DNA from: Sphagnum compactum
Taxonomy: Eukaryota
Assembly: GCA_965153455.1 (NCBI GenBank)
Contig: OZ234493.1
Location: 5,456,001-5,520,000 of the forward strand
DNA length: 64,000 bases
Reading direction: 5' to 3'
Shown: piece by piece, positions 12,888 through 27,150 of the stretch
Numbering within the stretch: the stretch's first letter is position 1
Layout: every line of letters begins with the position of its first letter
The notes under the pieces: generated by a model
Seen by the model: the letters and a program-made list of their open reading frames with translations, nothing else
What the model was told of the DNA's origin: nothing
Databases searched by the model: none
Program-made: the position numbers and the translations under genes

Positions 12888-13961
12888 CACAAGTTTTGCA
12901 ACATTCTTTTTCTTTTCTTTTCTTTTTTTTTTGGTTTGGGTGGTGTCAAAAAATCTTTTGGATTGTGAAGATGAGTCAAAAATTCTTTGGATTGAGAATA
13001 TGAGTTGTATTAGTAGCTAGTAAGAGCAATGATTTTTCTTTCTTCTTTCCTCCAAACTGGATTGAATTCGAGCATTCTTATAACAGAGTTTTAAAGCTGC
13101 CTGCACAGAGCTGCCGATCATCATTCGGTGACACTTTTGCATGTGTAAATTATACAACACCCATTTCCAAACTCTTGAATTGCAGCGGAAAATCCAGACA
13201 GTGGATTTTCTGTTCTGTTTCTTCTCAAGAGAGAATCAAATTAGGTTATATATTTAGTGAGTGGTGGGTTTGAGTGAAGGATGCATAGAGGGTTTTGGAT
13301 CATAATCCCAGCTCATAAACCCAGCCTTGCTCAATGAAACAAGCTATGCTCCCAAATGAAGAGGATATTTGACCTTCAGCACCTGGTCCACTTCTGTAAG
13401 GTCCTTAAGGACCTTCTTCACATGCCCCTTCAGAAATGTTCTGAGTTGTAGCTGTAAGTATGGAATTGATGCAAGTCCCTTGTTTCAGAGAACTTTGCAA
13501 AAGACCAAGTTTTCTTGTTTTTCCTTTGTATTTTTCAATGGGTGAGGAGGGACTTGTTAGGAGTACAGACTCTCTCTTTGCATTGCTTTGTGAAGGAGGA
13601 TCCAGGCTAACCTCCTGAATTTCAAGATTTGCAATTTTGCCAACATTTTACAACCATTCCTAGGGGACATAGAAACCAATCATTTAGCCATGGTAGGATA
13701 CAAGTGACCTGAAACAGATCCAAAAGCCTTAACCCAGAGTTAAGGTGCATTCACACCTAATGTTAAGTCCGTGTTAAGTGAAAATCTAGGTGGCATCTTA
13801 GGTGGCACCCAATGTTAAATGGGTGATTATTTAATATTAAGTGAATGTTAAGTTAACATAAAATCCTTTTGGTAAATAGGTTTAGATTCTAAATGACCTT
13901 GGAGCATTCCTGAACTAAGCACCCCTCAGCTCTGCCTCGGTTTTTTCATAGATTACCTATG

Positions 13962-14002
13962 TTTTAGGGTTTAGGTTTTTAGGGTTTAGGGTTGAGGGTT
14001 TT
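13962..14002 (+). repeat. Short degenerate plant telomere-like (TTTAGGG)n tract; similar tract at ~7975-8040
   Basis: TTTTAGGGTTTAGGTTTTTAGGGTTTAGGGTTGAGGGTTT. Confidence 0.6.
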
Positions 14003-17000
14003 CATCATGTTACCTATGTTTTATCCTATGCTACCTATGGTTTTCAACATTCTAAGGGTTCAACATAGCTTGGTCATTTTATTTTTGTGCTGAAGAGTGC
14101 CTCTGGTCTTTTGATGGGTTTGATTTATTTTGAACTTGTCTTTTGATGGGCTAAAATAATAATAAATTAATCTAGGTAAAAAAATGGAAAATCCAATAAT
14201 TTTGAACCTAGGAAAATGGAGAATGGACTTGAAGACTTTATCAAACAAAACTAAGCACATCTTGCAAAGGGCAATATGTTCTTGCAATATTCAGTGTCAC
14301 CAAGGTCTCTTTTCATCATCTCTTTTCGCTTGAATTATACAACATTTATTAGAATGTCAAATGCATAATCAATATTGAAAAACTAATGATGAAATAAGAA
14401 ATGAACAATTGAGTTGATTGTTTTATAAAGATAGAGAACAATCATTCCACATGGAAAAGAAGTCAATCCACGCTAGGATTCATTTACCTCACATAATCTT
14501 CCACTCTTGAGAAATAGCTAGTCAATCAATATCCATCACGTTGAACTTGCACAATGATATAACACATCAAAGCATTCAACTTAAGTTCAACCTAAGTTGA
14601 GCGAGGAAGGTGCTTCACTTCATTTTGCTTAGAGAATACTTTCACTCGTACTAAGTTTGTTTCACAAAATTAGCTTCTACCATGATTTATTAGGTTGCGC
14701 CAATTGGTTAGCCATTCAAGAATCAATCACTTAGCCCATGCTTCTTATGTTTGTAATCACAACAAATTCAAACATTTTTGCTTTGCATAATCATGATAAT
14801 CAACAATCCAACCACAGATCAATGTTTTCAATTTTTAAAAAATTGTTAGCAAGATAATGCTCAAGGGATTGAAAATATTGTTGTTTTAAAAAATTGTTGA
14901 ATCCTTGAATTTTTCATGAATACATTAAAAAAAAAAAGAAAAACACCACTTTTAAACCAAACCCTATCATCATATTGCCTACTTGTTGATCATTTTGTTG
15001 AATTATAGCTTAGACAAAACATTTATGAACATTTTGATTGATGCATCCTTAGGTTTGTTGATTGGTATCAAGGTAAAATTTTTGAAAATTTGCCCCAAAA
15101 ACTTCTTCAATATGAAATGTTGGCACATCTTTATTAGTCAAACTCAAAACATCAATGCCTCCTATTGTTAAACCCATATTCTCAACATATCAAGCTACAT
15201 CACAAGCCATGGACTTTACCTCCCTTGAAAAGCTTTTCGATGAGCTACACAATAAGTCTATAAAATAAATTGAACAAGAAAAGCACAACAACATTTCCCT
15301 TTCACCAAGCTTTTCGATGAAGGTATGCAAGGTACACAACAAATTTGCAAAGAAACTAAAACAAAAAAAACATAAAATCTAAATGCCTAAGATTGAGGGT
15401 TGGTCACTAAACTTTCCAAATCTTGGAGGTTGTTGAAGTTTTAGGTATGCAGCTCCAAGTTCAATCATGAAGAGTGAAGTGGGAAAAAGCTAGATGTGCA
15501 CGAAGTGCAAACGAAATTTAAGAGAATGGGGAAAGAGATGCGAGATGCGATTGAAAATCCCTCCCAAAAAAAAGGACTTGCAAGACCTAGGGTTTGACTT
15601 TGACTAGGTGAAAAAGTTAGCAAGACTGTAATTTGTAAGTCCTGAAAGTGGTTCTTGATGGGTATACCTAATCTTGAATATGGCCGTTGCAAGTATTGCA
15701 TTCAAGAAAAAAAAAATTCAACATTACAAAATGAGAATCCTAAAATCAAATTCTTGATTTTGACCAAGTTATGAAAACTCTCACATACAAATTTTGATTG
15801 ATAAGTTTTTAAAAACAAAGATCCTTTGAAAAACCCTTTCCAATGCCATATCACATATTCAATTCAAAGGTCATTTGACCCTTGTTCCCTAGGTTTGCAT
15901 ATAAGATAGGAAACAATTTGAGAGTCCCTTTGTATGTAAACTTGAAAATCCAATCATGAAATAATTTAGCCAAAATCCTTTGATACAATGAAAAACTTTC
16001 GTACACCTATTCCTTGAGAGATAAAATCTTATGTCAACATATAGGTGTAAGATCCTTTTTACTTTAAAAAAGTATTGGTAAAAAGTAAGAATTTTCACTA
16101 TGGGGGTTTACCCCAAGTGAATTTGTTATGAGGGGTAGATTCATTACGCAATGAATTGTTTAATATTCATTTATGTGAAAATAAGATGAATGCACTTTTG
16201 CAAGCAATTTTTGTGTTTGGTGTAAAAACTAAAGAAAACTGAAAGCATTGAAAATTTTAGATAATTTTCTTAATTGATTTTTTTGGGTGAAAGTTTTTGA
16301 CTTGGTGAGAATAAATTTGAAAATTTTCATATTTTGATTGTAAATTTGAGAAACAATGCTAAAAATTCTAGAAAAATCACCAAGCTTTTGAGACCACAAA
16401 ATTGGAAAGAAAACACTAACTTTCGGTTTTCCCACAACCTTATTTTGGGCTAGTATAGTTTTCATACTTTGCCCTATAAAATAAAATGGGCTTGCAATTT
16501 GTAATATAATATAATATAAGCCAAATAACTCATGGTGGTTTCTTTGATTAATTTGTTGTTTTTGTACATGAAAATTCACATATTTTCACCAACAAAATTG
16601 CCACCATGCTCCTAAAGAACAATAGCCAACACCCATTTTGGGTAGTTAAAGAAAATTTGCCCAATGCACATTGAAATTGGTGGTTGCCAAACTCATTGTT
16701 GGAACAAAATTGAAAGTTTTTTCCAACTTCATGCAAAATATTATTGTACTAAATTTTTTTTTGGTAGATGGACATATGAATATTTCATCTAATCATTGAA
16801 AATTAAAATGCAAATTATGTTTTTGATTTGCCCAATGCATCTATCAATTTTTTTTAGGTGCCTTGAAATAATCTAGTTCATTTTCGGTATTACATGGTGA
16901 CAAGTGTCACAACATAATTCTTTGTGAATTTTGTTCTTAAACAGTTTAGTTTTTGTTTGCACAAGTATTTCACCCCTTGCACATGACCACAAACTTGGTA

Positions 17001-18172
17001 CCATGCATGCAACACCTCATAATATATTTGCATGGGTGTAATCATAGTCAAAGGAACCATTTTTTTCCCCAAAACACTCATGTGGCCTCCACATACTTGA
17101 TATTTTTCCCCAAATTTTGATGGAAACATATTACATAATGTGTTTATCATCCATTTGATAAAAAAAAATAAAAATTTATAATGCCTTTCATTGTGAATCT
17201 CTCCTATAGCCGGCAAAAGCATGGTAAAATAAACAATTATTGATGCTTGTCACAAAAAATGACAAGTAGCCATAAGTAGGGTTTGATGTATTGAAAGTAG
17301 AAAAATTATTTTATTCATTGATTAGTGTAATGAAAATCTTTTACTTTATTATAATAAATTCAAGAACCACAATTTTGATATACATCTAAGTAGATTAAAA
17401 AAAATGAATATATTTGCATAGATGTTTGGGTTTTACGAAATTGGTTGCAAGTAGATCAAAGTAGATGAAATATTTATTTTTCTTTACTTTCAAGTTAATA
17501 AATATTTAAAATATACTTATGTGCTTTCAAATTGTACATAATGTAGTTGTCATATATTGAACTTTTTATGTAAAAATTATTTTGAACACCATATTGATGA
17601 ATTAGTTTGAAAACTACTTTTATTATCCAAAAGTTATTGAAAATTTGTCTTAAACTTACCACAAACCCCAATGGAAACCTTAATGGTTTTATATTTCTAC
17701 TTTTAAAAATTTTATATTATATTTTTTATGTGTATGTCAAAAATTGCTTCAATTATAAATTGGATTTTAAGTAGCTATGCCCTTACATATCCTAGGCCCC
17801 TTATTTCTAGTGAGTGCTCCCACTAGGGCCCTACCTTACATGAAATCCTCTAACAATAGCATCTAGCTTAGTAGTTTTTATCATGGATGAACACATTGGA
17901 TGAAAAACTACAAACAATACTTTGTTGCAAAAGACAACATGGATGAGCACTATCACAAAATTGTCACATGCAAAGGAACCCACACCTCTTTGCATTGGGC
18001 CTTGAGCTTTGTCCTTGCAAGGGTTAATTTAGTATGGAAATGTGACTATTATTTATAGAACAAATATCACATTATTTTTATCACAATGTCCATGACAACA
18101 CTTTGGGTTAATTTACCAAGTTGTTGTGTTGTAATGAAGAACAACATTAGCTTTGGAATTTGGTGACAATTT

Positions 18173-21100
18173 ATGGCACCCAAGAAACTTCCAATCAAGG
18201 GAAAAGATGTTGCTAACAAGCCAATAGGCAATAACTTTTATCTCCCACTCATGTTGACATTTGGCAAATACAAAAGAATTTGCAATAATAAAGCATACTA
18301 GACAATGAAAGATATACTTGAAACAATTGCTATTTCAACATAATAGGTTTTAAGGAGTTTCTCATATTGAATTATGCTTTTAAGTTTTAGTAGAGTATGG
18401 TGAGTGTTTTGGATGTAGCAAAATTATACTAATGTGTTTGAAATTTTCATATTGTCAAATGGATTCCAATGGAAATAAATATGTATTAGTTATAGAGGTG
18501 GTCCTCATTATCTTGCAAATTAGAAGATGTTGTTTGAATTTATCTAATGTTTATCCATATAAATTCTTTTTCACAATCAATTCAAATATTTCATGTAATT
18601 ATATAAATGTTTGTAGCCTTACAATGAGATTTCTAAAACATTGTCAAATTTCAACAGCACCAACGCCACCCAAAGACCCTTCAATACCACTCACATTTGA
18701 TGAACTATGGTTTGATGGAAGTCTTGATGATTCGGTAATACATTAATTTGTGTTGAGATTAAATTAGCACCTAGCATTCAAAATTCCCCCTCACTATGGA
18801 CAACACCTTTTTATGTTTAAATGTTTTATGTTTAAATTAGCTTCAAGTTTTCAATTGGAACATGTACATGCACATAAGATGAGAAGTGGGTCATCATTTG
18901 ATTGTCCTCTTTTTCTTTTTAATAATCAAATAATCCATTTCTATGGTGAATTGAATAGATTATGCAATATACCATAAGTTAGGGTTAAAGGTAAATTCTA
19001 CAAAGGAATTAATAAATCTTGAAATGTGTAACAATACATTCATTAGAGCTTGGAACCTAGAAATTCTTATTGGTTTTGAAACTTTAAATATGCAACATCT
19101 TATCATGAGTCTTTGGTACAGGTTGATGATGATGCAAAATCAAATATGCAACAATTGAAGGAAAAAATTGAAATAAGAGCTAACGAAATTCGAGCCTACC
19201 TTGTATGAATAAGAATTCTTGTTATTATGTGAAAATGTATGTCAATTAATTGACTTGTGTACAAAAGAAAGTACATGACTTGCACATGTTCAAAAACACA
19301 TCTATGCAATATATAAATGGCAAGTTCACCTTTTCTAAGTATGTCTTTGTCCATCGAAGAAAGAAATATGAGGTTTTAAAATTGATGCACATATTGTAAT
19401 TCATATATGGAAAGGAGAAGCCCATGGATAATGTCCTCACACTTCAAACGTTTTATACAATTAAAGGTAAACATGTTTAAAATATTGAGGATAATCAAAA
19501 TTTCTTTGTTCTATAAGGGTATCATCTATGTGACTTCACTTGATGGAAAGATTAAATTGCCATCAAACCAAAAGGCCTATTTAAATGTGATGTAAAATGT
19601 TGAAATTTGACATTGATGTCAAGTAAATTATTTTTTGCAACAAGAATACAATTTAAAAAAACATAAAGCCCCAAAAATAATCTCACACTTGTTATCTATT
19701 GAATGATGATTATGGATGGCATGATTGCAATAGAGACACTATTGAACAAACTAAATTGAAAAATTGAACATGAATAATATATTGGGAATGCATAAATATT
19801 AATGTTTGAAGTTGTTATGCAGGAAAAACACATAGTACCTTTGTTATTACAAGCCTTACAACATCTAATCGTTGCAAGGTAAATACATTCCCAAAAACAA
19901 ATTTATTAATGGAACTTGACCATTTATAACAAATTGCAATATCATTTAATGTTGATGCAAAATTGGATGTAAATGTTGTGATATCAAATTTTTTATTTCC
20001 TAAATTTTCCATGTAAATCATTACCCAATCCAACTAAATTGTGTAACCAGAATTCAAGAATGTGGCCACTTTTACAAAGAAAGCATTCAAGTTGTAAAAG
20101 TGGCCACATTCTTAAATAAGGATTTTTTGATTACCTGGAATTATGCTATCTAAGCAAAGGTCCTTTGTCATTTGAAGAAACATGATCAACCCAATAATCC
20201 AAATGGTTTTGACCTAATGTTGATTGGTAGAAGGTTATGGGTTCATTAGCAAGCCATGTGTTAAACTCACATGAGCCATGCATCACTGGAAACTATGTGG
20301 GTATTTGAAGCTCAAAACCTTGGGAAAGAGCAAGGAAATAATGTTGCACCATGTTATGGTGAAAAAACAGTGGTGGTTTGAAATTAATAATAACAAATTG
20401 AATGTTTCCTTGTTAAAATGGGAATATCAAATTTTTTTTGGCCATTAAAGTTGGTTAACTAACATTCATTGAAAAGAAGGCAATTAAGAAATATGTATCA
20501 CTAAATTAAGCAACCATGGACATTACTATAAGGCAATTGCCAACACTTATGGGTTGATTGCGACACATGTGTTTCTACCATTGATTGTTCATACAACTAA
20601 TGTTTAGTTGATAAACATAAGTGACATGTTTACCAAGAGCCAATGAAAGGGAAGCAATGATAAAACCCTACCATATAAATTGGCAAAGAAGGAAAATTAT
20701 GTTATTAGAATTCTAGAAACCAAGCATACCTAAGAAGTGAAATGTTCAAATTGTTCATGTCACATGGAAAACAAAACTTGAAGAAAAAATTCTTTTCATA
20801 TAGAAGAAAAAATAAATTTGCTATTGAAATTCAAACTATGCAATTAATTATGTTGTTAAGGAAGGTACTTTGTTTGCTTTGTTTCTCAAATTTAGACCTC
20901 CCAAACCACAGTGCCTTTGGCATGCTTTTGGTAGCATTATAAAGCCCTTGATGAATAAGGGTGCATTAAGCCCATTTCATAATGTTTCAACATGTAGTGG
21001 AAAAGTTATTGAATATTGAACAAATTTTTCATTGAAGATTCAATTCAATTACAAAAAATAGTTTTGGAAAGAAAAATTAGTTAAGTAACTAGTTCACACT

Positions 21101-21527
21101 TTGGCCAACAACATAGGCTACATTATTATGTATTATATTGCATTGAGGTCTTATTAGCAAATAACATAAAAGACCCACAATTTTTTTTTTGAAACTGTTG
21201 AAGTGTTATAAAAATGTAGGTTTGAAGATAAAATTTCAAAAAAATGTGAATGGCAGGCCTAAAGACCCAGTGCACTATTTGGCTATGTTTTTTCGTGACA
21301 ATGGGTCTACCATTGAAGATGAGATTAATCGATGTGAGATAATTGATAAGCAAAGAAAGATTGCTCGAGTTGCTGAGAAAAGACGATTGGAAGCTGAAGC
21401 CAGGGCAATACTTGAAGATGAAGAAAAGGTTAAACCAATTGCGTCTGAAGCCACAATGGCACCAACAAGTGAGAAGAAAAAGGATCCTGAACCAAAAACA
21501 CCAAGAAAACCTGAATGGAGAAAATAG
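18173..21527 (+). CDS. Dpy-30 (RIIa-like dimerisation/docking) motif protein with charged coiled-coil C-terminus. Exons 18173-18227(?), 18391-18399(?), 18658-18734, 19122-19202, 19823-19878, 21257-21527
   Basis: Four exons joined by canonical GT-AG introns splice in frame to ...DELWFDGSLDDS|VDDDAKSNMQQLKEKIEIRANEIRAYL|EKHIVPLLLQALQHLIVAR|PKDPVHYLAMFFRDNGSTIEDEINRC...PEWRK*. RAYLEKHIVPLLLQALQHLIVARPKDPVHYLAMFF fits the Dpy-30 motif pattern (YLxxxVxPxLLxGLxxLxxxRPxDPIxxLAxxL). The first two exons (MAPKKLPIKGKDVANKPI, VEY) are tentative; about 182 aa if included. Confidence 0.8.
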
Positions 21528-24500
21528 AACACAAACTTGCAACCCACCTTCATAAGGAATGTTTTATAGAATGTTCATTATCTTAGTTCAAAGTACCCAT
21601 AGTTGTTAAAACCTAATAGTTGCTAGGCCGCGGTGCTTTGCAACTTCAATTTTTTTTGTTGCAATGAGCTTCTTTGATTGGTCAATCGTGAAAAAATTCA
21701 CAAACTTTGGAAACTCCCCAATATAAAAGTAGTCACCCCAAAATTAAAAAACGTATAAAAAATCTCAGTATCATTGTACTTATATAGCTTCCCAAAGGAC
21801 AACATTGGGCAAGGGTAAATGCATACTACGATGGACCAAAAAATGCACCAAAAAAGTCCATTTCTACATTTTTTTAGTGTTGTCATCACTTTTTAAATGA
21901 GTTTTCTGATTATAAATTAAGTTTTTGCAAGAATTATGTGTTATAAATTTTTTCTAATACATTATAAAACAAATTCTATGAAAACACTTGAATCAAACTC
22001 AAAAAATACATATTGAAAAATACTTGTGAATTTTGACCTTCCAAAAAAGTACTCAAATGGCCATTTTCATTAACAATGACATCTTTATTAAGAATTTTAG
22101 TCTCCATTTTGATCATACAACTTGTGGCAAAGTACATCAAACAAATAATTTAATGACCCAAAATCTATGAGTCCATTTATAATTATTTAGGGATTAAATA
22201 AGGATTGTGACTGAATTTAAGACATAAGTTTTAAAGTCCCCCCCTAAACCAAAAAATGAACATATGGTTTTTCTTTTTTAATAGGTTATTTTTACGATAA
22301 TATATATTATATATGTAAGTCACTTTTTTCAAATTAAAAGAAAATCTAAACTTAAAAAACATCATGTAGTTAGAAGGTTAGGAATTTTACACTGTGACAA
22401 AAAAAAAAAAAAACCATAATATGCATTTACCCGCAAAACCTATGGGACAAAGTGAAGTGCTATTGGGAACATGTTGGGGAACACATTAGGAACTATGTAT
22501 AGTTGAGAACCCATTGAAAGTTTGATGGGAACACAATGGGTACTTGGTGGGTACAAATTAGGAGCACGAAAACTCCAAAACATCCAACACTAAAGCTTTC
22601 TTCCCCCTCCCCTCCCCCACCCCCCCCCCCCCTTCTTTCCTCCCCAAAAGACCATATATATTTCAATCAAACTCAAAACATTAAGATATCTTAAATAAAT
22701 TTAAATCACAAAGTTTGTACACTATTAATTGTTATTAAACATCAAAATGTTTTTTTTTTTTTTCCAACCAAAATATTGGTTCCAAATTTTTGAAGTCCTT
22801 GATAAGTGAAGGTTTTCATAGAGTTTGAGAGAATTATTTGAGAATTGAAAACAAAAAACAATTTAGTCCTTGATTGCCATGTTGGTGTGTATAAATGAAA
22901 TTTCAACCCACCAATATTCAATCAAAGTCAAAACATTAATTAACCTTGGTAGAGATAAGTCTTTATAGTGATAAGCCTTTGAATGGTTAATGGAATGAAA
23001 TATACGTTCTTCACCAAAATATTCTTACAAAATGGGGTTTGAAAGTATCAAACTTCTTCAAAAAAGAAAATGTGTTTAACATTTCACTTAAAAGCATATA
23101 TTTAAAGAATTTGGGCTTTGCATTGCTTTGTGCTACCAGTGATGATGATTAAATTATTTTGTGTGGACACAATAATTTTGTTGTAATCAATTGAAAAGAC
23201 AAAATTTTGTAAATTTCACTATATGTCATTTTGTTTCATTAATATTTTTTTTACATTCTTGATTTGGTAGGTGGACACAAATGAGATACAACAAGCCAAC
23301 ATGATTATTTTAAAAAATGACTATATGTATTTTTCCCCAATTTTTTTTTCATATGAATGAATTTTGGAATTTTGTTTTGGAAACTTGTTATAATAAATGC
23401 TTATAGTTGTCCAAGTACATGAAATGGTTTTTTTCATCATTTTTGAATAAATAGGATTTTTTGAAAGTGTTTAATTCCTTGTAAATTTAATGTTTCATCT
23501 TTAAAAATGATAATAATTTCAAATCATAACAAAGTTTTTTATTTTTTTACATTTTGATGTTCTTGTATAATAAATTATAGTTTTTCTCAACACATCCTGT
23601 ACATTTCACCCCATTTATGTGTGGCAAAGGACTTTTGAAGTTCTAAAATTTTGGATTAATTTTGAAAAGTTCTTTGAATTTTTAAAGTTTTAGAATTCCA
23701 CATATTTTAGGGTATGATTTTTTTTTCAATGTGGCTAATAGGTCTTTATTTTCTTAATTTTTTTCCCATCATTATATGAGTCCTTTTGATAATCCTTTGC
23801 AAAATGACTCTTGTTTGACGTCATAAATGTTCACTTTCAGAGATTTTAAATCAAAACTTAAAGTTAAAATTTCATCAAATAGATTTTTGGTTTCAATTCC
23901 TTAACATTCATATGAATGAAAAAACAATAACTTGCCATGATTGCCATGGTTTTAAATGGTTAAACATAAATATTTATCCAATTTTGATTGTTTTTCTTTG
24001 TAGTCCAACACCCTTTTTGGTTCGTTGGATTGTGACTACACCTAGGCAAAATGCCAATGAAAATATAATTCATTAAAGAAGTTCACAACAAGATATAAAT
24101 AAATGAATTAAGAAAAACATTGAAAAGGCATAACAAAATCAACAAGATACAAATAGACAAAAACATTGAACGACTACAAGACAAACAACAAGAATTGATT
24201 TTGAAATAAAATTTAATCTATGATGAACTACAATCTAGAATGGCTCTAGAATTGTCACAATGATGATCACCAAAATACCTTACATAAGCATAAACGAATT
24301 CCAAAAAAACATTGTCATTGGAATTTGTATTTAGGTATTGTACATGCAATCATGCACCAATAACTTGAAGTTTTTTATCTTTGAACCTTCCTCATACTTT
24401 GGTGAATACACATTATGGTTAATGAGGTAATCAATCTCAAAGAAAAATTGCAAGTGCTTCAATGCATCTCAATGTTTTTTTTTCCCAAATTCTCCAAGTA

Positions 24501-26669
24501 GGGTGATTGGCTACCATGTGTTTCTGGTGGTATGCCAAAGTGGCTTATTTGCTTTTGGGATGATCATTCTTTTTGGCAATGCAAAATTTATTTAGATCTA
24601 GAAGGAGTAATTGTTCATAACCTAGTGGGTGACTACTTTTTTGATATTGTAGTTTCAAGTGCTTACATTTTTTCTCCACCCTTAAGTACAAGAGTCTACC
24701 AAATGCTAAGTAATGTAAAACAATTGACGACAAGAGCACAAACACAACAACCTTTGTGGCTATTAAATAGGATGATGAACAAGAAAATATGCCATTCTTC
24801 AAATAAAAATCCAATTGTGAGCTTGACCAACTTTCTAAAACACAAAATAACCTCATTTTTCAAGAAGTTTTTTTGCTAACCACCATTTCTTATTATAGAC
24901 TTGGCTTGTGTTACATGTAATAGGACATAACATTGAACAAATACAATTCATTTGCTATTTCAAAATCTTCTGAAGGGAAAACCACTATCAATGTTTGTTG
25001 CCAATTTTGTCTTTGTAATGCCCATTACAGGCAAGAAAGAAAATGGGTAGAGTTAAAAGTCATGTTACAACTGAAAATTATCATGACTTGGTTTAATAAC
25101 ATAACAAAGTCTAGACAACTAGAAACACCTTTCACATCCCCAAAATGTGAAAAGTTGCATTTGAACAAAAAATACAAGGAGAAAATTTGACAATAGAAGC
25201 TACTATGTCATGTGTGCTACACACTTAATTGAACAAAACACCAGCATGTCTTGTTCCATAATTGATTTTATCCCATTCAATTTGTACCACCCAAATTGAA
25301 TGATAAACCTTGCAATAAGTATTACACTGACATTTACATGATGCTCACACCAAAGGCAAAGTAGAAAGCTATCCCTAGGATTTTAAAAAATCTTTACTAG
25401 TTGTCAACAAAACAAAAAACCACTAAAAAAGAAAGGAAGTTGCTAGAAAAACAAGGGAGGAACAAATATGTACTTGCACATTTCAAGAGTGTTGATGGTT
25501 GCACCAAATTAGAAATGTTTGAAAACGGGTGCCATGAATTGGAATTTATAGTTGCCATGACCTATATTATACCACAAAATCAACCAAGATCATGAAGTAG
25601 GTGGTTGCCAACAATAAAAGTTCTAGTGCCAACAATCATGCTGCATTAATCTAAAGAAAACATCCACTTGATGCTACAAGAAACTTCCTTGTTGAGTTGG
25701 GAATAATACACATACATTAGTATTAAATAGTTAGCAATCATAAGTTTATGAACTCCAAAACAAAGCACAAAAACCTTCCAATGTTTCAATAGACTACACC
25801 CAACCTGACCAAACATAATTTTTGGACCATACATGAGTTTGAACAAAAATACACTCAATAGGATGATGTCTTTTCAGTAAATTGATAATGCCCAATTGAT
25901 TACAAACTTGTTGCTACAATTTCATCTTCATCACTCTTCCGATGCCTAGTATTAATCTTTGCCAAAAGGCACTGATATGAATTGGGTGCATTAAAGAGTG
26001 CCTAAATATTACCAAAAATTAATAAACATGAGATAGTGTCACTGAGCTTCATCAGGATCTCCAACAAACCCTCTCAAACTCAACATTTTACATCCAATAG
26101 ATCTAAGGAGCCCAATTGCATGATTCAAGAATGAAATCTCACTAGGTCCTAGTCACACATCAATAGAACCAAGCTTACAATGGCAATGTTTAGGGAGATT
26201 GCTATTAATAGTCCTACTATAGTTTTATGACTATCCAAATTGTTTTAAGGGAGAACACTGATTAATTGCCTTGCATTGCAATTGTTGATTGAACATATAT
26301 ACCTTTAAAATCCATATTCTCCTTGTACAAGATTGATTACAAGATTGATTAGGCATGATGGCTTCACATCAACCACAAAATAGAGATAATAGATGTATAA
26401 ATAAGAGCCCATAAATTTCTATGATTTTAGGCATATCTCCCTCGTGATACAATTTTTTTTTTAAAATCCAACAAGATAGGTACATTGGTCCCTGCTATTG
26501 TAATGGAAAACTAATCCAACAAGTCAATAGGTACTATGATACATAATTGGAAAAATTCAACAAGATAAACTCTCAAGTTAGTAACCCTCAATTTAGTTGT
26601 TATACATTCCACTAACAACTTAATAGGAAGAGGATATTAAATCTATAGGCGTCCAAGCCAAGCATGTAG

Positions 26670-27150
26670 AGCATATTTGGTCTGATGCTCATTCAAGTCC
26701 TTTATAGCTATGTAAAATGGAAATGTTTCCAAAAAGTAGAAATTTTGTAAGCATATCTTCAAATTAGGTCAAAATGTGTTGTTAAGTAATTCCAAAGCTT
26801 GTTCTTATGAATTAAAGGTTGGAAACAGTTTGCTCATCCTCCACATTTTCCATAACCATCACCATGCAAAGATCCATTGTTTGAACCATAGTTTCAATAG
26901 TTGTTGATTCAAAACACCATTAGATACAAGCCTTTCCCACAACCTTGTTGTAGGGTTGCAATTATCGAGAGGGAGTGTGGTTTATTGACAATGATTTTGC
27001 ATTGTTAACTTCATAAAGAAAGATTACTATGCTAGTGGCATTCAACAATTCTTGAGTTGATAAATGCCTTTCAAACTTCATATCAAATTTGTAGCAACAT
27101 TAGAACATCGTTTCTTCACATAATATAGAACTTGAGTCCAAGTCTCTTTG
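26670..27150 (-). mobile_element. Decayed hAT-type transposase C-terminal (dimerisation region) remnant
   Basis: Minus-strand frames give fragments ETWTQVLYYVKKRCSNVATNLI, QELLNATSIV, MDLCMVMVMENVEDEQTVSNL, KNKLWNYLTTHFDL and LETFPFYIAIK. These resemble the hAT C-terminal pattern (SVxxERxFSxxxxIKxxLRNRL). Multiple stops and frameshifts. Confidence 0.65.

Noticed and set aside
13398-13415. Perfect 18-bp palindrome AAGGTCCTTAAGGACCTT
   Set aside because: Isolated, with no supporting context; not interpretable.
22950-24210. Acceptor-like sites and a coiled-coil-like frame at ~24100-24210
   Set aside because: Frames are interrupted by stops and cannot be spliced into a coherent gene; probably decayed TE sequence.
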